DNA of 52,355 nucleotides, counting the filler, from Jimgerdemannia flammicorona (Eukaryota): the NCBI GenBank assembly GCA_003990765.1. It is 2 parts of 2 records of this genome, joined end to end, with 100 filler letters (N's around TTAATTAATTAA, not from the genome) between each part and the next. Parts side by side here need not be neighbours in the genome. Positions count along the whole stretch, not along the records: positions 1 to 26,130 come from RBNJ01000758.1; 1 more part is not named here. One strand, given 5' to 3'. Positions within the stretch are counted from its first letter, which is position 1, and every line of letters starts with the position of its first letter. Position numbers and translations under genes: made by a program. Below the pieces are notes generated by a model that was given only the letters and a program-made list of their open reading frames with translations, was not told where the DNA came from and ran no database searches. Positions 1-10,100 of the stretch are shown in pieces.

Positions 1-310
1 TATTTGAGGAGGGGCAGTGGCTGGGGCTAGGTGCGAAGGTGTTACGGTGGGAGGAGCTGGTGGGGGATCTGCTGACCGGATGGTGGGTGGGTTGGGGACC
101 TCAGGGAGGACGACGTCGAGGTTTAGTGTTGAAGATCTGTGAGCAGAGTGGTGGGAGGGTGGGGATAGTGTTCGACAGAGTGGTCTTTCACAGGGAAGGG
201 GTAGGGGGGGAGGGACCCCCTAGAGGGATTGGATAGGGGGTGGGATTGTTGTAATTATATAGAATAGATCGGTAATAAAGGGCAGTCCAAGTGACTATAA
301 AAAAAAAAAA
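1..310 (+). mobile_element. LINE copy A: 3' end of L1/Tx1-type non-LTR retrotransposon (ORF2 C-terminus, 3' UTR, poly(A)), cut by the window edge
   Basis: ORF 39-236 matches the ORF2 C-termini of copies B and F (DLLTGWWVGWGPQGG...PPRGIG*). AATAAA at ~274 is followed by the family terminus AGTCCAAGTGACTAT and poly(A) 299-310. Confidence 0.93.
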
Positions 311-638
311 GAGCTGAATAGAATAGCCTCTGCCACCTCAAGAAGAATGACAGGCGAAAAGAAAACTCTCATCAAAGTACATTATAGTAGATAGGGTCTA
401 GTTCTCTCAGATGATAAATCTATTCTGTCTTCTGTTAGCTGGTTGGGAGTTTTTCTTTATCTCAGGCCCTTGTTTGGAGTTTGGGGGGCTATTCCTTATT
501 CAGTTCCAGTATTGCTAGATCTAATATATAGGTGTACTCTTGTATATAGTCACAATAATCCAGCCCTGGTAAACAGACAAGTCTAGTCTATATAGTGGGA
601 GTTGATATATCTGATATATATATATAATAGGAATGATG

Positions 639-655
639 GAACTGTAGGATAATTC
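639..655 (+). repeat. Candidate target-site duplication of LINE B (partner 6552-6568)
   Basis: GAACTGTAGGATAATTC before the 5' end vs GAACTTTAGAATAATTC right after poly(A): 15/17 identical, in the expected positions. Confidence 0.6.
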
Positions 656-744
656 CTGGAATCACCTTTCTCTGGTACAATTCACGTTACACAAAACTTC
701 AAGCAAAGGTTTTCGACACAACGAGGAGAAAAGGTACTATCAAC

Positions 745-2769
745 ATGTCTTCAAGCAAGGGTTCTGATGGGTGTACTGGGTTGGGGGGAACTGGGGCCTT
801 TGGCTGGCAGAAGGTGGGGAGGGGTTATGGCCTGGGGATGGGGGCCTTTGGAGGGTTGAAGGGCAGAGAGGGCTCTGGAGGCAGACCAGTGTCAGGTGGT
901 AATGGGGGAAGGACTGGCCCCTCCAGCTTTGCTGACAAGGTGAAGGGGAGTGGATGGCCAGCCGGAGACAGGGCTGGTGCTGCTGTGGGGAAGGGCAAGG
1001 CGAGCCTAGGGAGGGGGGGAGGTCCTCAGGTTGGAGGTATGAGCATAGGGTCTGGAGGAGCTGTGGCTAGGGGTGGGACTGCTGATGGAGGTGTGACGGC
1101 GAATCAGGAAAAAAAAAGAGATGTGACGGCTGATGGCCAGGGGGGGCAGGGGTTCCCGATGTGGGAGGGGGATCTGGTGGATGATGTAACGGGGCTAGCA
1201 GTGGCCCCATTGCTCAAGAAGTCAATTTCGGAGTTTGTGGTCACCTTGTGCTTCCGGGGCTTGGCAGTGACGGCAAGGATGGTTCTGGGGCTGATTTTGA
1301 AGCAAGTGGCGGGGGCAGCCTTGGTGAAGTTCTTGAAGGGCTTGGAGGGGGTTGAGGTGGGTTTTGAGGAAGCGGGCCCACTGGATGAGGCCCTGAAGAC
1401 TGGAGTTGTAGTTGGAGAGGTAGTGGTACCCATGGTGTGGTGCTTGGGGTGGGACCCCAGGGTGGTGCAGCTTCTGGTGAGGGGGGTGCCCACAGTGACT
1501 AAGGAGGAGACTAGGAAGAGAGTGGAGGAGGTGATGATAGAGTACAGTGACGTGGTGGATGTTGGATTTCAGGTGTGGGAGGGGACTACGTTCAGGACAG
1601 GCGATATCAATGTCAGGATCCGGCTGGCAGGGAAGGAGGCCACGGAGAAGATGAGTGACTGGCCCTCAGTGCTGATGTGGGGGGCATTTGTCTGTAAGGT
1701 GTCAAGGGTGAAAGGGAGTGATGAAGAGGAGGACCTTTTGGAGGTGCTGGAGGAGTTGGGTGGTGCTGTGGAGAGAAGGACGAAAGTCTGGAAGCTTTAT
1801 GAGGAGTTGACACATCTGGAGGTTGTGGATGGAAAGCGTGTACGTACTGATAAGAAGCAGTGGGAGAGGGCCCAGGGCTGCAAGAGGCAGAGGGAGCTCT
1901 TGGCAAGTATGACAGGAGGGGAGAAGAGGAAGGTGGATGGGACTGAGGAGTCTGGAGGTATCAAAGCCAGTGTATGGGCTGGCGAAGGAGGAAAGGAGGT
2001 GGTGGTGACAGAAGAATGGGCTGCGAAGGTGCTGGGCAAGGATCCCTATGCCGATGGTACTTTTGAGGTTTGGGAGGAAGAGTCTGATAGCACCCCCCCC
2101 CCACTGGTCAGGAGGGGCCCAGTGGGGCGGAGAGTGGCGGTGGAAGATGTACAGATGCAGGGGGCCCAGTGTGTTACCTTTGGGGTCCCAGATGTGGCGA
2201 AAGGGGGCCAGGTGGTGGCAGTTGGTGAGGATGAGCTGGTGGACGTCCCTGAGGAGGCATGGGATGAGGCTGCCAGTGTAGGTGCTGACACCACGATGCT
2301 GGATGCTGGGTGGCTGGGGACTCTGGGAGGGAAGGAGGTGGGAAACTTGCTATAGATGAGCAAGGTGATGGATAACCTCATGGCTGAGGCATTGGGGGAA
2401 GTGGACCTACAGGTGATGCCTGAGGAGCACTGGGCGAGTATTCTGTGTGAAGATGGAGTGATGGAGGCGCTGGGGGTGGAGATTCTGGCAAACCTCTTGG
2501 AGGAGGAGGGATATGAGGTTGATGAGGTGAGGAAGGCAGAGCTGGTAGTGGTTGCAGGTGAGCGGGCAGCCTACTGTTGGGCTGAGCATCGTGGGCTGCA
2601 GTTCTGGTGGGAGGCTTGCCTGGAGTATTATGAGGACTTTGAGGAGAAAGAAGATGGGGCAATGGTAGAACTTCTGAAAGGGTTGGAGGCATGGGATGCT
2701 GGGGAAAGGGAACTAGCTGCTGAGCATAACTCGGACTTGGCGCAGGAGGAGCAGATTGTGGACTTGTAG
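745..2769 (+). pseudogene. LINE B ORF1 (Gly-rich N-terminus, probable RRM-like core, acidic C-terminal region), one premature stop
   Basis: ORFs 745-2355 and 2356-2769 are in frame and collinear with the intact 676-aa ORF1 of copy F. The TAG at 2353-2355 replaces Trp (GNLL*M vs GNLLWM). Confidence 0.9.
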
Positions 2770-2801
2770 ATGATGGGATTGCTTTTTCAACATTATTCCT
2801 T

Positions 2802-5800
2802 ATGAACAGTACAACTAACATTTTCTCGTTGAATGTGAATGGGTTGCAGGGATCTGGGTGGCATAAAAACATTTTTACTTGGCTCAAGGGATTGGAGGCT
2901 GATCTCTTTTTACTACAGGATGTTCAGTGTGAGGATGAGGATGATCGTGTGGAGTGGACTAGGGAATGGGGAGGGGCTACTGCTTGGTTTGGAAAAGTGG
3001 CGATTCTGGTGAGGAAGGGTAGAGGAGACTTGGAGGGAATCAAGAACTGGGGTAATCGTTTGGTCTGGGGTGATTGGCAGTGGCCGGGGTGGGAGCCGGT
3101 GAGGGTTGGCTCTTGCTACTGCCCTGCGGTTAGGGGTGAGAGGACTGTGTGGATTGAGGAGCTAATGGTGGAGGGTATTCTGTTGGAGGAAGGGGTTGAT
3201 GTTCTCAGTGGGGACTTTAATATGGTTCCGGATCAGCATCTAGACCAAACTGATAGAGGGAGGAGTGCAGGGGGGAGAAGTGGGGGTCTGGATGCATGGG
3301 AGGAGGTGGAGAGGTTGAGTTCCTTAGGGGATATGGGCAGATCTAGGTGGGGCGACACCAGGGTCTACACACATTGGGTGAATGGCTTGGGTATGAGGAT
3401 TGACTGGATTCTGACAGCCGAGTGTTGGGGTACAGATGTTTGGAAGACACTGGGGGTGGAGTGGTGCCCATGGTCTGATCACTGGGGACTATTGGGGCAG
3501 GGGCAGTTTGGGGGGAGTGGAGATGGACCTGGACATTGGCATCTTAACTCCTCCTTGCTAGCTGAGAAGGGGTTGTGGGACTCATGGGTGGAGGACATTC
3601 AGGCGAAGGTTCTTATTTGGAGGCATGAGGGTTTGTCAGTGGGTGTCCGTTGGATAAGACTGAAAGAGGCTGCAAGGGTCTATTGGGGCGGGGCTGGTAA
3701 AGATGCTGAGAGGCAGAGGAAGGAGCACACGAGGTGTGCTTCTAGCAGGCTGAGAAGACTGCAAATGGATTGGGCAGGTTTACTTGCTTCTGATGGGGTG
3801 GAGGATTGGAGGTTAGAGCAGGTTAAATTGGAGATAGTGGAGCTGAAGCAGGTGTTGAGAGATGAGGAGGAGACTCATATGTGTGGTATGGCTGCTAGGC
3901 TATGGTGGCAGGGGCTTGAGGAGGGTGAGAGGCCTACTAGGTACTTATCAAGACTCCTTCAAGCTAGGAGGATGCGACATCAGTGGGAGGGGATCTGAGA
4001 TGCTGAGGGCGACATGGTGCATGGCACACAACAAATCTTAGGGGTATTGAAGGAGAGATGGCAGGGTTTGTGGAGCAAGGGAGAAGGGGGTGCTGATGGG
4101 GAGGTGATAGCAGATACACTAGGAGAGTGGGGGCTGCCACAAGTAGATGGGCTGGGTGACTTGATCTTACCGGCGCAAGGAGAGGAGATCCAGAGTGTCC
4201 TTGCGGCCACTAAGCTTGGAATGGTGCCAGGGGAGGATGGGTTACCATGGGACTTCTGGAAGAAGATGGTAAAGGTCCCTGGCATTTTGGGTGAGATGGC
4301 TGCTCTCTGTGACCATGTCCTTCAGAGTGGTGAGTGGGTTGGAGAGCAGGACCTCAGGCTGATGGCCTTATTGTACAAAGACAAGGGGAGGAGGGAAGAT
4401 TGGAAGAACTGGAGACCAATCATGCTGCTGGATATGGACAGGAAGATGGTGACTAAGGTGATTGTTGCAAGGCTGCAGAAAGTTGCCCAACAGGTGCTGG
4501 GGGAGGAGCAGCGAGGCTTTGTTGGAGGCAGGCTTATAAGAGATGGGACTGCATGGGTGCATGGTGTCATTGAAGGGACTCGGGCTTGTGGTCTGGATGG
4601 AAGGTTGGTCTTTTTGGATCAGGAGAAGGCCTATGACCGTGTACGATGGTATGGCTGGGCAAGGTGTTGGATCGAATTGGTGTTCCACCAGGATTTCAGA
4701 CTTCTATGTTGCATTTGCTGGAGAGTAGTTGGGCGGCACTGATGTGTAATGGTCACCGAGGTCTGGCATTTCCCTTGGATAGAGGAGTTCCTCAGGGGGA
4801 CCCTCTGTCCCCTATTCTCTATGCCCTTTCGTTAGAGCCATTGATGGATAGGATTCGCCGGAAGGTGGCAGGGCTCTCTATATATGGTATAGTGTAGAAG
4901 GTGGGGGCTTTTGCTGATGATATAGTGGTTGGACTTGGGTCTGTCACAGACGTTGAGGCTCTCAAGGAGACAGTGGAATGGTATGAGGTGCACTTGGGGG
5001 CAAAGCTCAACTGGCATAAGTGTGAGACAATGGTGCTTGGAAATGGGTTAGTGGGTGGGGATGTCATTGGAACAATTGTCCCCACAGGTGAGGTGGTGAG
5101 ATACCTGGGCATCTTCCTGTCTGTATATGGTTCTGTCTTGCCATGAGAGTAGTGGAAGAGCAGGGTGACCATTTGGGGGGAGGCCCTTCGAGGCTGGGGA
5201 GGCCACTGTATCTCTCTGGCAGGAAGGGTGTCGATTCTGAATGTGTACTGGTTCCCCAAGCTGTGGTATGTGGCCTATCACCTAGACTTCCCAGCTTGGG
5301 TGGTGAAGAGGCTGACGAAGATGGCAAGAGATTGGATTTGGGCAGGGAGGAGGTCCCAGATTGGTTGGGATACTCTTGCAACACTGGTGGTCAGGGGGGG
5401 TCTTGGCCTTATAGATTTCCCTGCGAGATTGCCCTGCTTGCGAGCCTGGTGGTTGAAAAGAGCTGCTGAACTGCAGGGTGGGAGTTGGGTGCCACTGCTG
5501 CAGAAGGTGTGGGAGATGAGGACCTCCCCTTGAGGGTCCTCCGGAGATCTGCTCTCTCTGGTAGGGCTGAATGGAAGTAGGAGGCTGCAGTTTAAGGGCT
5601 TTTGGTGGGGGGTGGTAGATAGTGCCCACCGGATTGGTCTGCACTGGCAAGGCAATGAGGGGAAGGTTGTGTGGGGGCCTGATATGTGGCAATGGGATAG
5701 ACTGCTCCTGGGGGGTGCTCTGGTTGAAACATTTAATCTTGGAGATAGAGTGGAGTGTCAGCAGGGTCTTGGCCAGGATCTTCGGCCAAGTGGCTGGCAG

Positions 5801-6460
5801 GGGGCAGGGATCAGCGAGGAGTGGGACTGGGCAGGTATCTGGTCTTGGAGTGCTGAGGTGCAGAGATGGCTTCCTCCCAAGTACTGGGTAGTATGGTGGT
5901 GAATGCTGCAGAGAAATGTCATGCTGAATTTTCGCACTGGGCATCTGGTGGATGGTGGCCATTTTGATTGTGAGGAGTGTTACAATGTAGAGCAAGCTGG
6001 GGGATTTGTGCAGATGCCAGAACATTGGCTGGGGGAGTGTGAGGTATTGGGGGATTTTTGGGTAGAAATAGGAAATAGACTGGGTGTAGAGCAGAGGCCG
6101 GCAGGTGAGAGAGACCTCTGGGAGGACTTGAGATCTCGGCTTGTGGGGGGGGTGGGTGATAGTTGGCTCACTGTAGGGTGGGTGTTGGCGGTGTGGGTGG
6201 AGATGGCGGGCCATTGGCTTTTTGTATTTGAGGAGGGGTGGCAGATGGGATGCTGGGAGATGGTATTATGGTGGGAGAAGCTGTTGGGAGATCTTTTGAC
6301 TGGATGGTGAGTGGGCTGGGGTCCTCAGGGTGGATGCCATCACAGTTTGGTAGTGAGGATCTGTGAGCAGAGTGGAGGGAGGGTGGAAATGGTATTAGAC
6401 AAGGTGGTCTTTCATAGGGAAAGAGTAGGGAGGGGGGGCTCCCCTAGGGGGATCAGATAG
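2802..6460 (+). pseudogene. LINE B ORF2: APE endonuclease - reverse transcriptase - CCHC knuckle, disrupted
   Basis: EN motifs FSLNVNGL, LLQDV, GDFN, RIDWIL, SDH. RT motifs PGEDG, NWRPIMLL, LDQEKAYDRV, GVPQGDPLSP, FADD, YLGI. CEEC..H..C knuckle. Several nonsense codons and a 1-nt frameshift near 4646. Confidence 0.95.
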
Positions 6461-7124
6461 GGGGTGGGATCACTGTATTTATATGGGATAGATGGGCATA
6501 ATAAAGGAAGAGAGTCCAAGTGACTATAAAAAAAAAAAAAAAAAAAAAAAAGAACTTTAGAATAATTCAGTAGTCTAGGTTAATAGAAGAGTGATGTCTG
6601 GTGGGTGGTGGGAGAGGGTTTTGATCTATATAGTCTAGGTTCTCTTCTAATAAAATCTGTGAAACTCTGAGTCTATAAAATAAAAAATTAAAAATCTATA
6701 CATAGTAGTAATTTTTATCAATAGACTGAGACTCTATGCAGAATATCAACATCTTTTAAAAATTATATTTATCAATAAGTAATAAGTATTTCTTATTTAA
6801 TATATCTTTTTATGAACTTCAAACTATATTAATACTATATCTCAAAATGATCTAGAGATGAAGAGAATGTAGTAAGAGAGCTTGAGTAACTATTTGAAAA
6901 TAATACTGGTAAAATCTTGACTAATGAGCAATATGAGGAGATAATAGATGAGTAGCATAAACAGAAAGACAAGTATAAAGTCAATATAGAGAATCTTATT
7001 AAAATTTAAAGTTCTAAGATTATTGACCTTGAGATCCTCAATAATTTCATTATACCTATGTATAATATTCTAGTTAATAAATATTCCAACATTATGTAGT
7101 AAAATACTATAGCTATATTTAAAT

Positions 7125-7126
<2 letters not shown>

Positions 7127-7161
<35 letters not shown>

Positions 7162-10100
7162 GTCACTTAAACTCCTTTATTACCTAAGAATATCTAATAT
7201 AATAACAAACCCCATGCCATAACTACTATATAATAATGTATAAAGAAAAGACCTCTTAGCTAACCTTCTGTCAACCCACTCTAATTTTCCACTACATCCC
7301 ACCCTCACCTAGTACCAAATGACTCTGACTCTCAGAGACAATATCTTGCACCTTCTTCACTACCCCCAACTCCCACTGCCTCCTTTGATATTACTATCCC
7401 TGTACTATCTCCCTCATAAGCTATTGCTAGTACTCCACCAAGTCTCTGATTTCCATCCAGCATTCACCTTCAAAGATCCACTACCAGTATAATGCCATTA
7501 AGACTCATACTTCTAAAATCTACCCAACACTCCCCCAAACATCACCAATATTCCCTACCAGTCTCCTCTGGGTGATTATACTGATAGAATCTCCTGGCCA
7601 CTCTCTATCAGAACCCCAATATTTCTCCAAGGTCTGCCAATAACCTTCTACCCCAGAGCAGGCTACCAAGATATGCTCTAGTCTCTGAACCACCTCTCCA
7701 GAAATTTCAGCACACCATTCACAATTTTGGTACCCATCAACCACTATCCAGTTAGTTCAGTAGTTCAACATTACATTTCTTCTCAAGAATTGCCACCACA
7801 CTACCCAATATCTAGGGGGCATTACTTTATTCAATATAGCTGCCCAGTCCCAAACTCAACTCCATTCTCATATCTCCCCAATTCCAGCCATCTACCATCC
7901 AACTGGCCACCTCTTGAGAGGGCCTATCCTGGTCCATTCCATAGCCTCTACCAAAGAATAGTCCTTCAACTCCCTCTCTCCTACTCTAAGCAACTCTAAC
8001 TACCACCACTATTACTCTGGGTCAATACTCTCCTCTACTACCTCCACCTCAGGCTCTGTCAGTTCCATGACTAGCCAGACCTCTATAATGCTCTATCAGA
8101 ACTCTTTATATTGCATTATGTCAACTGATCCAACCTGAAGTAACTCTCTCAAGTCCTTTTGCTCCTCACTCTGAGAGTAGAACCTGATATCTCAATTGTC
8201 TATCACTAGTCTGCCCCAACTTCCTTCTCCTAGCTCCATAAGACAGTAACTCCATCAGTCTCTAAGGGCCTTTAGCTATCACCAGAAATCTACCAGTTCC
8301 AGACCCCCATCCATAATTAGCAGCACCAATGACTCCCAATCAATCTGTGGCTACCTTCTCTACCAGAGCCATCCTTCAATAGTCTTCTTCAGCTGCCATA
8401 CTACCTACCATAGGAAATCCAAGTGGTAATCTAGATACTACAACTTTGGCAACCAATATATATTCAAAACGACCACTCTCTCCATCAGAGAGAAGTTATA
8501 ATCAGCCCAACCTGTCAGCATGCCTTCTCATTTTAGCATTATTGCACTTTACCACTCTCTTGACAAAACTGTCACAAATACTGAAAACCAGATGCCCAGA
8601 TACCAGACAACCTCCCTATTAGGTACAACTCATCCAAATCCTCTTGCAGTCTCCATAACTGCACTAAGCTTCAAAGTCTCACATTTTCCCCAATTTAACT
8701 TTACACCTACCAATCCCTCATACTGTTCAATCTCCTCATATAAAATGTCCACATCTGTTGCACTACTTAGTTCAACCACTATATCATCCACAAAAGTCCC
8801 AAGCTTCCCAACTACCTCTCTCATCCTCAGTCCAGTCAGCCATCCCTTCAGCCAGGCCAACACCAGCTCCAATGAGAGAATATAAAGAAAGGGGGAGAGG
8901 GGGCCCCCCTGTAGAACTCTCTTATCCAAGATAAACTCTGGACTATACCAACTATTCATCATAACTGTCCCCTCTATAGCTATACACTAATCTCATCAGC
9001 CTTTTAATCTCTTTGATATCAAATCTAACTCTCCATAATACAGCTTCTAGATAGTACTATTACACCCTATTATATGCCTTCTTCTGATTTAAAAAGACTA
9101 TCCTCCCATTGACCTGACAGCTCCTACAGCCCTTTAAGACATTTTGCACCCAAGCAGTACTATCTCTGATCTGCCATTTCTTTACAAAACCCCTCTACTT
9201 CTTTTTTACCAGTCTATCAATCTACTACTGCAATCTTCCCACCAAGACCTTTGAAACCAACTTCCTATCCACATTCAACAGTATTATTGGCCTCTAGTTA
9301 TGCTATACTCTCCTGTTACCTTTCTCTTTATATAATAAAGAAACCAGTTCTAAGTTACTATTACCAACCCACTGACTCTCTTTCAGCACATAGTTGACCA
9401 TCTTAACAAGCCAAGCCCCAAACTCAGTCTGGAACTCCTTCCAAAACTCCTAAGAGAGCTCATCCTCACTAGGTGACAAGTCATCAGATACCTTCTGCAG
9501 AACCCCTAATACATTCTCTAAAGATACTCTACCTATTACAGAAGCCCCATCTCTGACAGTGATACTACTGATCAATTTCATAATAATGGCATATCTGCAA
9601 TGTCCAATAAACCATTCCCCCCTCCCCCACCCTTATTACTCCAAAGGATCTACCATTGCCCAGAGATCTTTTTCAACATATCTGCTACACTAGAAACTTC
9701 AACTCTATTCTCTCATAATACTGAAGCCCAGTTGTATCATACCTTTCTAGCTTTCAAGACACCAGATAAATATTTTGTTGGCTCTTCACTCTCTTCTAGT
9801 TACTGTGCTCTCAGGCATACCAGAAGGCTATCTATCACTCTATCCTCAGCCTCCCTCATATCTGACTGCAGATCTACCACCTCCTTAGCCAGCCAGTACT
9901 GCTCTTCCCCTGCTAGTGTCTGTCTTCCAATAACTTCAGTCTCCACCTCAAACCCCTCTCAACTCTCCTTTCTTTGTCCTTTTGCTCCTTTCTAGTCACC
10001 TCTCCAGCATCCCACTAATATATATCTGCTAAGTATTTAAACCTGCTCTACTATTCAGCAATAGATAAATCATTAGTCACCCACCTTCCCACTTCCTGTC

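Larger units (their letters stand above)
656..6551 (+). mobile_element. LINE copy B: full-length L1/Tx1-type element, inactivated
   Basis: Conserved 5' motif CCTTTCTCTGGTACAATTCACGTTACAC at ~665, ORF1, ORF2 with EN/RT/CCHC motifs, AATAAA, terminus GTCCAAGTGACTAT, poly(A) 6528-6551. Confidence 0.96.

Noticed and set aside
639..6568. Sequence-specific (Tx1-like) target site for the LINE family
   Set aside because: The flanks of A-G share no clear consensus, and insertions fall in LINEs, gypsy pol and unknown DNA.
6570..7126. Degraded coding-like stretches here and at 12840-13300 and 14500-15096
   Set aside because: Short stop-riddled frames with no recognisable motif. I cannot support a call.
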